A stretch of 64,000 nt of DNA from sequence record MZ475892.1, one strand, 5' to 3'. The notes beneath the pieces were generated by a model. That model saw only the letters and a program-made list of their open reading frames with translations. It was not told the DNA's origin and searched no databases. The translations under genes and the position numbers were made by a program. The stretch's first letter is position 1; every line of letters begins with the position of its first letter. Shown here piece after piece: positions 1 through 9,698 of the stretch.

Positions 1-65
1 TCAATCGTATCATCGATGCGTATGTTCCACGATTCCTGGAAGCACCTGTTCTTTGAGGAAATGAA

Positions 66-401
66 ATGAGCATTGAACTTGAAACCCGTGTAATGAACAT
101 GCTGGCAGGTATTAGCCGTCATCTGGTTAAGCTTGGTAAAGGTGATGTGGCTGCCTACCAAGATCGTTTCTTCTTTGAGCATTCATTCAGTACGCTGAAC
201 AAAGAAGACGACGAGACCGATGTGGTCGCTGTGTTGCGTGAAAAGATTGTGGCAGAACTTGCCGTGCGTGATATTGCACTGGCCGAAGATTATCAGCCTG
301 TACTTACCTACAGACCGATGATTCTGCATCCGACAAACGAAGGTGAGTTCGTGTCGATCGTGGTTGGTTTCCCACTTGATGCACCAGTGGTCCTGCCATA
401 A
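66..401 (+). CDS. hypothetical protein
   Basis: 111-aa ORF with GAGG SD; no recognisable motif. Confidence 0.75.
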   Translation: MSIELETRVMNMLAGISRHLVKLGKGDVAAYQDRFFFEHSFSTLNKEDDETDVVAVLREKIVAELAVRDIALAEDYQPVLTYRPMILHPTNEGEFVSIVVGFPLDAPVVLP

Positions 402-404
402 ATT

Positions 405-412
405 CTGTAAAT
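405..412 (+). promoter_or_regulatory. CTGTAAAY putative phage-sigma promoter box
   Basis: CTGTAAAT 33 nt upstream of ATG 446; the motif recurs 31-40 nt upstream of the primase, sigma, SSB and HTH genes. Confidence 0.55.
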
Positions 413-445
413 GATCTTACTTGGTTAACCTGTAGGATATTTGCG

Positions 446-1105
446 ATGGCGAAGTCAGTGAAAGAACGAAAAGCGGTTACGAAGATCGCTAAAACAAAGA
501 AGGGAAAAATTCCTATTCGCATTATCGAGGACACGCGCCCAATAGTCATTTGCCCCGAGATGGAAGACAAACCTCGTCCGTTTCGTTTTCGCGGTCAGTG
601 CCCGATAACAACCTGCCAGTATTGCACACGCGAAACTGCAACTGGCTGCATGTCGTTAGACCGTAAAGAGTCTTCCGACCGTTCTATCTCTAACCGCGAG
701 ATTGCGTACTATAAGCGTAGCCTCTTTCCTGAACTTAAAGAGATGGATCAGAAACAGTTGGACACGACTGTTCGACGGGCACAGACTCGTACCCGTACTG
801 CTATCTGTCTCAATATGTTTATTGCCTCCGTTGATGATTCTGATTCTGATCGTTCATTTCAGTACGTGAAAGGCAGACACCCGTCAGTGGACAATGTGCA
901 TAACTACATGGTTCAAACCTTTACCGACTACAGACCTTGGATGCTCGCCTATCTTGATGATGAGCAGCGCTTCGAAGAACTGGTCGGTAAGATAGCAAAT
1001 TCTGAATTTAATTTAGGTACAGCTCTGCGTCTTACGCCTCGTAAGTATCAGGTGTTCTGCAAAGCTCTAAACGACCTTAAACAATCTGGAGAAACCAATG
1101 AGTGA
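446..1105 (+). CDS. hypothetical protein (Cys-rich N-terminal half)
   Basis: 219-aa ORF; CPITTCQYC motif; overlaps next start. Confidence 0.75.
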   Translation: MAKSVKERKAVTKIAKTKKGKIPIRIIEDTRPIVICPEMEDKPRPFRFRGQCPITTCQYCTRETATGCMSLDRKESSDRSISNREIAYYKRSLFPELKEMDQKQLDTTVRRAQTRTRTAICLNMFIASVDDSDSDRSFQYVKGRHPSVDNVHNYMVQTFTDYRPWMLAYLDDEQRFEELVGKIANSEFNLGTALRLTPRKYQVFCKALNDLKQSGETNE

Positions 1106-2873
1106 TAACTTCATTACTCTTGAGCAATATCGCGCGATGATTGAACGCAACATCCTGACCGAACCCGCGATGTTAGTCAAGAACCAGACTCAGCCACTTG
1201 GGCGAATCATCTTCCAAGCGCTGGGCGACAACATGCAGATGAAGGACATCATTGTTCCTGACTCTCGCAACGCGATTGACCTGACGCAGCAAGCGCCGCT
1301 GTCTAACCTGCTGGCCAGCTCGCAACTCAAGTCGCTGATTCAGCTTCGCCGTCTGGTAATCTTGAATCCGGATGATATGCCTGCACCAGAGCAAGGCATT
1401 AAGAAGCCTACTCTGTCGCAAGAGCCTGTTGCTGGCGCTACCTCGATCGATGGTACTACGATTCCAAACGCGACTGTTATCGTTGAGCAAAACGGTAACG
1501 TCTGGACTGGTACTTCAAACGGTAGCGGTGCTTTCACTGTTGACGTGTCTGGCCTTGCAGAAGGTCCATTCAGCGTAACAGTCACTGCCGACAACTATGC
1601 GCCTTCGCGCTTCACCTACACTGCTGGTCCTCAGCCGTTGCAGCCGTACCCTGAACCTACTATTCATGCAGTCTTCAAAGAGACTCAGGTGACAGGTACT
1701 ACTGTGGCTGACGCGAACATCGTCGTCGAATTCGGCGGCAAGTCGTTCACAGGTCAGGCTACTAACGCCGGGGACTTTACCGTACCAACTGACGCGCTGC
1801 CGTTCGACACCATCGTCGTCAAATTTGTCGCCGAAGGTTATCTGGATGCGCAGCGTAGCGTCAACACTTCATCCGTACCAGGCACTGCTACCATCAGCGA
1901 TCTCAAGTACCTCGTTACTGAAATCAATGGTACTGCAAGCCCTAGCGCTCAAGTCGAAGTGCTGGTGGATGGTCAGTCTAATCAGATCGTTAACGCGAAC
2001 ACCGACGGTCTGTGGACAGCAACCGTGCAGCCTGTCAAAGGCGATGTGAATATTCGCAGTCTGGAAGTTAGCGGCTACGACGAAGCAACCGCCACTGTTA
2101 AGCCGACTACCAACACCATGGGTGCAATCACTATCGATAACGCAGACCAGTTCGGTGAGAACGAAACTGTCGTTACTGGTACTGTTGCAGGTCTGGATGA
2201 GAACGCGACCGACGTTGCTGTGACAGTCACTGTTCAGGCTGGCGTGTACGAAGGTACAGTCAATCTGTCCAACGGTACCTTCCGCGTTGAAGGCATCGAT
2301 GCTAAAGCGGGTGTGGGTTCAAGTGGTGTCGTTGACATTACTTCGGCCTTCTACGAAGAAGCGTCCGAGTCGTTCACGATTCTGGAAGAGTTCTCTGTGC
2401 CGACTGTTACACAAGCACAGGACGGTGATACTTCAATCAAGGGTCAGACCTCAGGGTCTACCACTGTGAAGATCACTATGGGAAGTGAAACGAAGCAAGC
2501 ATCTGCAACACCTCAGGGTGATTTTGAAGTTACTGGCTTCACCAACGTTGCGCCTGGTGCACTCACTATCGAGCTGTCTAAGTCAGGCTATCTGACCAAA
2601 ACTTCTCAAGTGACGCTGGTCGTTCAGGCGTACGGCATTGCTGATGCAGAACCGAAGGTAGATGATACCACGGTGACTGGTCATGCAACGCAAGGTTCTA
2701 CCGTTACCATTACTCAGGGTAGCGTAACTGGTGATGCACAAGCTGATGCGTCTACTGGTGAGTTCTCTGTAACTCTGTCTGGTCCGCTGACGGCAGGTGA
2801 GTTGCAATTCAAGGTGAGCCATGCTAACTACGTGGATTACACCGAAACTCTTACTGTGGCCGCTTCGGCCTAA
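1098..2873 (+). CDS. Ig-like (Big) repeat protein, probable virion decoration/fibre protein
   Basis: about six ~80-aa beta-rich repeats (TxIxGTxxPxAxVxV...AxxxGxFxV) after a ~95-aa N-terminal domain. Confidence 0.8.
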   Translation: MSDNFITLEQYRAMIERNILTEPAMLVKNQTQPLGRIIFQALGDNMQMKDIIVPDSRNAIDLTQQAPLSNLLASSQLKSLIQLRRLVILNPDDMPAPEQGIKKPTLSQEPVAGATSIDGTTIPNATVIVEQNGNVWTGTSNGSGAFTVDVSGLAEGPFSVTVTADNYAPSRFTYTAGPQPLQPYPEPTIHAVFKETQVTGTTVADANIVVEFGGKSFTGQATNAGDFTVPTDALPFDTIVVKFVAEGYLDAQRSVNTSSVPGTATISDLKYLVTEINGTASPSAQVEVLVDGQSNQIVNANTDGLWTATVQPVKGDVNIRSLEVSGYDEATATVKPTTNTMGAITIDNADQFGENETVVTGTVAGLDENATDVAVTVTVQAGVYEGTVNLSNGTFRVEGIDAKAGVGSSGVVDITSAFYEEASESFTILEEFSVPTVTQAQDGDTSIKGQTSGSTTVKITMGSETKQASATPQGDFEVTGFTNVAPGALTIELSKSGYLTKTSQVTLVVQAYGIADAEPKVDDTTVTGHATQGSTVTITQGSVTGDAQADASTGEFSVTLSGPLTAGELQFKVSHANYVDYTETLTVAASA

Positions 2874-2920
2874 TGCAAGGGGCTTCGGCCCCTTAATAAA
2901 ACAATTTCTGGAGAAAGACC

Positions 2921-3595
2921 ATGACAACCAAAGCCGCATCTTCAAGCAAAGTAAAGCCGATTACCCTGAACGCGTACAACGAACGTTACAAAGACGACTC
3001 CGTTGCTTCGCTGTATGTACTGAACCGTACTGAGCCGCGCGGTAACGTAGCATTCTCTGCTGTCAACGATCTGGGCCAGCCTATTGCCGTAGTAGTTCCA
3101 GCTACTTTCATTCCAATCGACCTGACCACTCAGGCGACTAAAGAAAGCCTGATGAAATCTACTCACTTCCGTCGTGCATTGAATCAGCGCCAGCTGGTCA
3201 TTCTTGACAACGAAAGTGCAGAGAACTTCCTGCGCTCCAACCCTTTGGCTAAAACCGAAATGCGCAACCTGAGCCGCATCGACGGTCTGATTGCCAGCGA
3301 TCTGAAAGAGATCGAAGGCTCTGATGATCTGGAAGAAATCGATCTGGGTGGCGGCGGCGGTCGTAAGAAGATTCGCCACTTCGAAGGCGATAACATCTCG
3401 TCTAACCAGTTCGTTAACGCATTCATCTCTCGCGCCGCAGAAGACAGTCAAGAGTCTGATGAGAACCTTGAGCGTGAATTCCTGAACAAAGGTCTGAGCC
3501 TGCCTGTTGAAGAACTGGAGCTGCTGCGCAAGCACATCACCCGTCCTGCAATCGTTGAGCTGATCGTTCAGGCGCTGGACGAAGCCGAAGCGTAA
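2921..3595 (+). CDS. hypothetical protein sharing its N-terminal domain with the Ig-repeat protein
   Basis: 224-aa ORF with GGAG SD; ITL..Y / N.T.P.G / VP....IDLT.QA / R.LVIL motifs shared with 1098..2873. Confidence 0.8.
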   Translation: MTTKAASSSKVKPITLNAYNERYKDDSVASLYVLNRTEPRGNVAFSAVNDLGQPIAVVVPATFIPIDLTTQATKESLMKSTHFRRALNQRQLVILDNESAENFLRSNPLAKTEMRNLSRIDGLIASDLKEIEGSDDLEEIDLGGGGGRKKIRHFEGDNISSNQFVNAFISRAAEDSQESDENLEREFLNKGLSLPVEELELLRKHITRPAIVELIVQALDEAEA

Positions 3596-3616
3596 TCGTT
3601 CAAAAAGCATTTAGAC

Positions 3617-3658
3617 AAAAAAAAATGGGAGGCCCCGAAAGGAGTCTCCCATTTTTGT
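3617..3658. terminator. bidirectional intrinsic terminator
   Basis: A-run, TGGGAGGC..GTCTCCCA stem, T-run, between convergent genes. Confidence 0.85.
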
Positions 3659-3769
3659 TATAGCAACTTATTTTTCTGCTCTGCTCTAATAGCACGTTCT
3701 ATGCGCGTATTGCCTAGATAACGAAAGTAACTAAGACGAATAGTAGTCTGGTGCTCACGTTCACGCAGA

Positions 3770-4867
3770 TCAGCGAGCGTGTGACTTTTGAACCTTCTTC
3801 TTGGCTTTAGCGCCATCTTTCTTTTCCTCTTTTATCGGACGTGCCCAACCCAACTCTTTAGCAGGAACAAAACAGTTCTTGCCGTGAATCTCTCTGAGGA
3901 GTTCTTTGACTTCCTTGATGATCTGCATACTTGCATTATCAGGGTCGAGCTTAATCAGCTTGCCGTCTTCATCGAACTCACGAGGTAATTTGAAATGCTT
4001 AACTTGCAGTGGTGAGTTACGATCAAACTCCGCTTTGATTTTGTTGCGGAGCATCTTACCTGCTGCATCGTTATCTGTCATCGTGTAGACAACGCTGATG
4101 CCTAACATCTCAATCGTTCTGCGTTTCGTTTCACCGAACTGCTCTGCACCCAACACAGCGATTGCTGGAATGCCATACGACAATAGCGCAAGCGCATCAC
4201 GAGGACCTTCAACGATCACAATGTACTTGAGCTTGTATTTCTTCAAACACTCTTTCGCTAACTGCAAGGGGAACAGGCCTTTATCCTTTGCCCAATCACC
4301 TTGCGAGTTTACATAGCTGGTGCCGTTCATCTGCTTTCTCAGATACGCAGCGATACCACCTATGTACTTTGTACCATGCTTGCACGGAAAGAAACAAATG
4401 CTTGTGCCTGTGCGCTGCGCATTCAACAAACCACCAGCAGCACGAACAAGCGCTCCAGGATATCCGCGCCATTCTTCATCGAGTGGCCAGTCAAGATAGC
4501 TGTTACGTCCGAGCGCTTTCATCAACAGACCAACTGACGGGTAAGTACCAATCTTCTGACCTATCTGCTCATACGTTCTGAGCAATGCGCTTAACGAGTT
4601 CGTACCAGCATCTTTAATCGCCCAACCTTTGATCTCTTGGAGCTTCGCGTGCTGTGCTAACTTGTTCCAGCCACCCTTCTCTCCGCAACCAAAACAGTGG
4701 AAGAAACCTAGCGGTATCTCCATGCCCACAGAAGTGTAAATACCACAACTAGGAGTCTTATCACTGTGGAAGGGACAACACACCATGATAGTGTCGCCGT
4801 TATATTTCTTATCGCCGGGTATCTTGCCTATTTCATCAAGAATTATCTGATGGACATCTTCTGCCAT
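3770..4867 (-). CDS. dnaG: DNA primase (CHC2 zinc finger + TOPRIM)
   Basis: CCPFHSDKTPS...FHCFGCGEKG zinc finger; IVEGPRDAL and TDNDAAG TOPRIM motifs; start moved to ATG 4867 (GAGG SD). Confidence 0.92.
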   Translation of the reverse strand: MAEDVHQIILDEIGKIPGDKKYNGDTIMVCCPFHSDKTPSCGIYTSVGMEIPLGFFHCFGCGEKGGWNKLAQHAKLQEIKGWAIKDAGTNSLSALLRTYEQIGQKIGTYPSVGLLMKALGRNSYLDWPLDEEWRGYPGALVRAAGGLLNAQRTGTSICFFPCKHGTKYIGGIAAYLRKQMNGTSYVNSQGDWAKDKGLFPLQLAKECLKKYKLKYIVIVEGPRDALALLSYGIPAIAVLGAEQFGETKRRTIEMLGISVVYTMTDNDAAGKMLRNKIKAEFDRNSPLQVKHFKLPREFDEDGKLIKLDPDNASMQIIKEVKELLREIHGKNCFVPAKELGWARPIKEEKKDGAKAKKKVQKSHAR

Positions 4868-4907
4868 ACCATCCTCTACTTGCTTCGTAATTTGAGCATA
4901 TACGCAC

Positions 4908-4915
4908 ATTTACAG
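4908..4915 (-). promoter_or_regulatory. CTGTAAAY putative promoter box for primase
   Basis: ATTTACAG on + strand, 40 nt upstream of the primase ATG on - strand. Confidence 0.55.
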
Positions 4916-4929
4916 TTTCTGGAGCTATC

Positions 4930-5265
4930 ATGAGCAATCAGCATCGCTACGTTGCATCTGCGCAGCGCCGCTTCTATTCGAAGAACTGGTTGGAGTTTTG
5001 TGATCTTATTCGAGTAGAGCCGCAGAAGATTGGCGCTTTCAACAAACAGGGTGATTTGATTGGTCTCCAGTTGCCTGTTGATTTTGACTACACGACTGCA
5101 ACAAAAAGCCTGCGCCTGATGTACGCTGTCAAGGAAGAAGGTGTCGATATGCGCTGCTACCTGTTTGGTGCTCGCTACTACAAGTTCGTTTTCTTTGAAA
5201 AAACAATTGCCGTAAGCGAGGAAGAATATGAGATCGTTAGCCAACGTTCCAGCGCGAGTCAATGA
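4930..5265 (+). CDS. hypothetical protein
   Basis: 111-aa ORF, GGAG SD. Confidence 0.75.
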   Translation: MSNQHRYVASAQRRFYSKNWLEFCDLIRVEPQKIGAFNKQGDLIGLQLPVDFDYTTATKSLRLMYAVKEEGVDMRCYLFGARYYKFVFFEKTIAVSEEEYEIVSQRSSASQ

Positions 5266-6313
5266 CACACGGAAGCTGTCACGCATCGGTAAGATGATCG
5301 ACGCTGCACTTGACGTTAAGATTCAGGAGAAGCGTTGGCCAAAGAAGCGTGTTAGTCCGTCAATGTTCCCTATCTGTCCGATTCAGGAAACTGCCAAGCT
5401 CATCTATCAGAAACACAACAACGCAATGACGGGTGAGTCTGGTACGCTGCTGAACATCTTTGCGAAAGCAGGTACGGGGATGCACGAAGCGATTCAGAAT
5501 GCTCTGGGTCATAGTGGTCAGATGGTAGGCCACTGGAAGTGCACCAACGAAAAGTGTGAGGAGTACCCGAAGACTAAAGGCAAGATGGTCGATGGCAAAT
5601 ACAAGAAGGGCAAGTACACGCGCACTAAAAGCACGAACAACCGCTGCCCTTGTTGTGATCAGCCGATGGCCTATGCTGAACTCAAGGTGCTGTACAAAAC
5701 TCTCAAGGGTTATGTCGATGGACTCGTTGATAACCTTGACGGCACGTACAGCCTGATCGATTTAAAGTCAACGATGATCACGAAAGCACAGGACGGTACG
5801 TTCTTTGTCAAGTACCATCGCTTCCAAATTGCAACCTATGCCTATCTGCTCAAGAAGCGTTACGGCTATAACATCGTTGACTACACTCTGGTCTATGTGC
5901 CACGCGACAACCCTAAAAAGTTTGTCGAGAAGACCTTTGTGTTTGACGAAGAAGAAGCAAAACGCGCCAAAGACTTTATGATGGTGCAGATACGCGCTTG
6001 GGATGCTGCGGTAAAATCGGCTGCTACTGGCGACCTGATGCCTGCTATCAAACGCAAGCCATGCAAGAGCGCCGAGTATTATTGGGATGAGTTTCACGGC
6101 TACGACACTTGTCCGTTTGTAGATCATTGCTTTATTCAATCACACATGATCGACTTCATGAAGAAGTTAGAACAGCGAATCATGGCTAACCCCGAACTGA
6201 CGTACACGGAAATCATTACGACAGGTCGGAAAACTCAACAACAAGGATTGCTCCCGGACAAGAAACCGAAGTCAGGTCGTCCGAAGCATATCGTAAAAAC
6301 ATTTGAGCTATGA
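5228..6313 (+). CDS. Cas4-like / RecB-family PD-(D/E)xK exonuclease with inserted Zn ribbon
   Basis: SPS...CP, GTGMHEAIQ, GYVDGL, LIDLKS, QIATYAYLL motifs; C-terminal C...CPF..HC; inserted CxxxxC...CPCC. Confidence 0.8.
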   Translation: MRSLANVPARVNDTRKLSRIGKMIDAALDVKIQEKRWPKKRVSPSMFPICPIQETAKLIYQKHNNAMTGESGTLLNIFAKAGTGMHEAIQNALGHSGQMVGHWKCTNEKCEEYPKTKGKMVDGKYKKGKYTRTKSTNNRCPCCDQPMAYAELKVLYKTLKGYVDGLVDNLDGTYSLIDLKSTMITKAQDGTFFVKYHRFQIATYAYLLKKRYGYNIVDYTLVYVPRDNPKKFVEKTFVFDEEEAKRAKDFMMVQIRAWDAAVKSAATGDLMPAIKRKPCKSAEYYWDEFHGYDTCPFVDHCFIQSHMIDFMKKLEQRIMANPELTYTEIITTGRKTQQQGLLPDKKPKSGRPKHIVKTFEL

Positions 6314-6720
6314 GCATCGAAAGAGATTATGAACGTTCTGCGCGAAGACTTAAGGAGTCTGTCCGACGCATGGAACAACTCGGTTATGTTGTTCCCCATT
6401 GCGTTGTTTTAGTTCTGGCCAAGCTGCGGCCACCCAAAGAGGTGGTGTCGAGAAAGTACCTCGTTATTCTGATGTTGTTCAGTCAGACGTGTGAAACGCT
6501 GGGTGCTACCTTGACTATGCGTGAGCAGCTTGTGGTTAAACTGACTATCTTAGGTCGTAAGCATCCAACGCCAGAGATTACGCGCAAGCAACAGCGCATC
6601 GATCAGCTGGTAATATCGCAAGACAAGATCATTGAGAGTAACCTCGATCTGCTTGCGTATCGTTCGGAGATACTGCTGGCAATTCTCAGTGGCGAAGATC
6701 CAAAATCACGATACATTTGA
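6310..6720 (+). CDS. hypothetical protein
   Basis: 136-aa ORF, ATGA overlap with upstream gene. Confidence 0.7.
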   Translation: MSIERDYERSARRLKESVRRMEQLGYVVPHCVVLVLAKLRPPKEVVSRKYLVILMLFSQTCETLGATLTMREQLVVKLTILGRKHPTPEITRKQQRIDQLVISQDKIIESNLDLLAYRSEILLAILSGEDPKSRYI

Positions 6721-6728
6721 GGTAATAT

Positions 6729-7193
6729 ATGACCATCGTTTATATCAGCCTGAGTCAAACGTCTTCGGATAAGAACCGAGACCGTGTCTCAAGCCCTGAG
6801 TCAAACACTGGACGTGTTGACGTGTCTGAATATGCTTCTCTTGAGAAGAAATTGCGCCTCACAGAAGAAGCCAAGGACAAAGAGAAACTTGCACAGAAAG
6901 CTGGTGGCGGGGATTCTGTAAAGAATAAGAAAGCCAAGCCTAAAGCAGATGATGCAGGAGGAGATGATGATGCCAAGGATGATGACGCAAGTTTCGACGA
7001 CTTCGATACTGGAGATGACGATGATGATGCAGATTCCGACGCTTCGAACGGAAAGAAATCTAACAAAGCCAAGGGCGGCAAAGACAAGTCAGAAGAAACT
7101 GACGGCGGAGAACCCTCAAGTGAAGATGGGGATGATTCTGCTGAAGGAGATGATGACGGCTCCGACGACGACTTTGAAGACGAAGACGCCTGA
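6729..7193 (+). CDS. acidic low-complexity protein
   Basis: 154 aa, D/E/G-rich C-terminal two thirds; GAGG SD. Confidence 0.75.
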   Translation: MTIVYISLSQTSSDKNRDRVSSPESNTGRVDVSEYASLEKKLRLTEEAKDKEKLAQKAGGGDSVKNKKAKPKADDAGGDDDAKDDDASFDDFDTGDDDDDADSDASNGKKSNKAKGGKDKSEETDGGEPSSEDGDDSAEGDDDGSDDDFEDEDA

Positions 7194-7209
7194 GGAAGCA
7201 TACGAAGAA

Positions 7210-7668
7210 ATGCGTGACATACTGATTGCTATTCAGTATATGTGTGTCAAGCGCATGGTCTTCCCGATTGTCACTGCCCGCATTGAGCAGAAGAATGGTT
7301 TCTTGGTAATGCACGCCATGCGTTTCAATGTCAGTCCCAAGAAATTCTTCGAAGCCATTAACGAGCGCAACGGTCAGATTAATTGTGTCTGGCTGCTGCG
7401 TGCCTTTACTCGTACTGCAATCAGTTATGGCCTCAAGCCTGTGATCGTCGAGAAGCTGAATGAGTACCAAGCGTTCAGCTCTCGTTTCTTTGATCACTCG
7501 GATGTAGACCTGACGTATCGTCGTCAGTACGATTACCGTGAACTGGCAATTCTGGCAGAGCATCCCAAACCTCGAATTTATACGCTGAATGGAGTTGATT
7601 ACGATGGCGTACAAATCCCAAGCAAAGAAACCCAAGAAGTCGAAAGCCGCGAAAGAAGCGGAAGTTAG
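7210..7668 (+). CDS. hypothetical protein
   Basis: 3' part of track ORF 6949..7668; start codon uncertain. Confidence 0.65.
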   Translation: MRDILIAIQYMCVKRMVFPIVTARIEQKNGFLVMHAMRFNVSPKKFFEAINERNGQINCVWLLRAFTRTAISYGLKPVIVEKLNEYQAFSSRFFDHSDVDLTYRRQYDYRELAILAEHPKPRIYTLNGVDYDGVQIPSKETQEVESRERSGS

Positions 7669-8260
7669 ACAGAAAGCGCACAAGCAAGCGCGTTCGGGTA
7701 AGCTCGGTAAAGCAGTAAAAACAATGAGTGCGGCGTCTGCAAAAAGTCGTCGTATGACCAAAGGCGAGAAGCGTGCTGTAATGCTTACGCCGTTCAAAGC
7801 ACAGGTTGTTCCCCAGCCACCTAAAACTCCTCTGATGGATAAAGGTCTGTCGCTGAATGCTCTCATCAAGTCAACTCCACGACTGATGAAAGAGAATGCG
7901 ATGGAGTGTTATGTGAACTCAGTCAAGCGTGGCAAGACACCGAAAGGTTTGCCTTTCATTCAAGCCAACGTTAGACACAAAGACCCACTGCGTCCTAACA
8001 AGACCGTGCGCATTCATAAGCCGATGATTGTTGGCCTTGATGATCCCTACAAGCCGATTTCAAAGCAGAAGCGCGTGCTGGTCAGTTGTCCGTGTGAGAA
8101 CTTTGTGTTCATGTGGGAATACGCTGATGCCGAACACGGTGCTGCACGTATCATCTACGGTAACGGCGAACCGCCTGACTTCACTAACCCCGGTCGTGCT
8201 CCAGGTCTGTGCAAACACCTGATGGCTTTAGCTGATCAAGTAAAACTGCACGGGGACTAA
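7604..8260 (+). CDS. SWIM zinc-finger protein with basic N-terminus
   Basis: SCPCENF...CKH (CxC-xn-CxH) motif; GGAG SD before ATG 7604. Confidence 0.75.
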   Translation: MAYKSQAKKPKKSKAAKEAEVRQKAHKQARSGKLGKAVKTMSAASAKSRRMTKGEKRAVMLTPFKAQVVPQPPKTPLMDKGLSLNALIKSTPRLMKENAMECYVNSVKRGKTPKGLPFIQANVRHKDPLRPNKTVRIHKPMIVGLDDPYKPISKQKRVLVSCPCENFVFMWEYADAEHGAARIIYGNGEPPDFTNPGRAPGLCKHLMALADQVKLHGD

Positions 8261-8262
8261 GT

Positions 8263-8796
8263 TTGGATATTTTCACCTCTGATACCCACTACGCATCACA
8301 GCGAACTCTGGAGCTTAGTCGTCGTCCATTTGCGAACGTATCTGAAATGGATAGAACAATGCTGGACCGTTGCAATGCTGTAGCAACGCGTGAAGACACG
8401 CTATACCATGTTGGCGACTTCGGTGCTTACGAAATGGTGAAGTACATCAATGCGCCTGTCATTCTGATTTGCGGTAACTACGAAATCAATGACATGCACA
8501 AACAGTTCAACTCGGACTTTGATGCGTTTCGTGATCACCTACGTCGTCTGGGATTCAAAGACGTTATCCGTGATAGTATGGAAGTTGGGGACATGCACCT
8601 CAATCATTATCCTACTAAACGTAGCCGAACGAAATTCAGCCTGTTCGGTCACATTCACGGTTTGCAGATGGTCAAACGCGGAGCACTGAATGTCGGCGTT
8701 GACTGTCACCACTATGCGCCAGTAGATGCTGGTCGCCTTGCGTTCTTCCGTAACGCTATCGAAACGCATTACGACGAAGACGTGTTCGGACCTTAA
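8263..8796 (+). CDS. calcineurin-like metallophosphoesterase
   Basis: SDTH, VGDF, GNYE (GNHD position), NHYP, GHIH motifs; TTG start. Confidence 0.85.
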   Translation: MDIFTSDTHYASQRTLELSRRPFANVSEMDRTMLDRCNAVATREDTLYHVGDFGAYEMVKYINAPVILICGNYEINDMHKQFNSDFDAFRDHLRRLGFKDVIRDSMEVGDMHLNHYPTKRSRTKFSLFGHIHGLQMVKRGALNVGVDCHHYAPVDAGRLAFFRNAIETHYDEDVFGP

Positions 8797-8810
8797 CGGA
8801 GAGTAATGCC

Positions 8811-9080
8811 ATGTTCTTTAAAAATCCTGTTGGCGGTATCATCCCCAACTTTCCTATTCAACATACCATCGTTGATATGGAGCGCAGAGTATCAGAGCTG
8901 TACGGCGAGTTACGCGCTGCTGGCTGCAAAGTCGTTCAGGAGCTCGACTGTCTGTACATCGAAGTTCCGCACGGCGTTAATGTTGACCCAATCATGAAGC
9001 GCCATGAGGATATGTTCACCAGCATCACTTCAAAGCCCGGTCGTCTGAGTCTAGGAGATAAAGATGAAGAAGAAATTTAA
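8811..9080 (+). CDS. hypothetical protein
   Basis: 89-aa ORF with SD. Confidence 0.7.
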   Translation: MFFKNPVGGIIPNFPIQHTIVDMERRVSELYGELRAAGCKVVQELDCLYIEVPHGVNVDPIMKRHEDMFTSITSKPGRLSLGDKDEEEI

Positions 9081-9486
9081 TCCTGATACTCACAGCGTAT
9101 CTCTCCACTTTGGTCCGCATATCGTTCACGGTCATGCGCAGGAGACAGCGTTCGGTGAGGTGATGCAGTCAATGCTGCTACGTGAAATCAGTCGCAGTGC
9201 TCATGAATCATTTAGTAGCCTTGCTGTTGCCGAGCCTGCTCCAACCTTCGAGATTAAGGAGCAAGACGGCAGTTCTATCATTCGTGCTATTGAGCAATGG
9301 CGCCAGATGCTTGCTGATGCTCCTCAGCCCGAAGAGTTTACGCCGTGCAGTATCCCTGATTGGATGCGTCCTAGTTTGCGTGAGAGCGGCATGACTGATG
9401 CGCAGATTGATAGCATTCTGATCATAGGCGTCGAACCTAATCTAGGCGATGCGCCTGGCGTGACATTCAGGACAGTAACCATCTAA
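9064..9486 (+). CDS. hypothetical protein
   Basis: 140-aa ORF, GGAG SD. Confidence 0.7.
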   Translation: MKKKFNPDTHSVSLHFGPHIVHGHAQETAFGEVMQSMLLREISRSAHESFSSLAVAEPAPTFEIKEQDGSSIIRAIEQWRQMLADAPQPEEFTPCSIPDWMRPSLRESGMTDAQIDSILIIGVEPNLGDAPGVTFRTVTI

Positions 9487-9698
9487 TGGCTTGTGCTGGA
9501 TGTGGCCGCCGTAGTTCGAAAATAAGCTACGGCCGTTCTTCTGCTCCTCCGACTGTTGTCGAAGAGGACGATACTCTCAGTGCAGCAAAGTTAACACCTC
9601 AAGGTTGGGTAAGCACTTGTGTTGTGTGCGGCGCTCAATCAACTCCGTCACCATTTGCAGACACGATTCAAAAAACGTGTGACTGCAAACCTCAATGA
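9486..9698 (+). CDS. small Cys-rich (putative Zn-binding) protein
   Basis: CAGC, CVVC, CDC in 70 aa; TAATG overlap. Confidence 0.65.
   Translation: MACAGCGRRSSKISYGRSSAPPTVVEEDDTLSAAKLTPQGWVSTCVVCGAQSTPSPFADTIQKTCDCKPQ

Noticed and set aside
2877-2894. AAGGGGC-TTCG-GCCCCTT hairpin as terminator (similar cases at 16711, 51832, 58187)
   Set aside because: No U-tract; more likely a stabilising or processing stem between co-transcribed genes
6949-7209. Possible programmed frameshift joining 6729..7193 to the 6949..7668 frame
   Set aside because: No slippery heptamer or stimulatory structure seen; the open overlap is explained by low-complexity codons; an internal ATG at 7210 suffices
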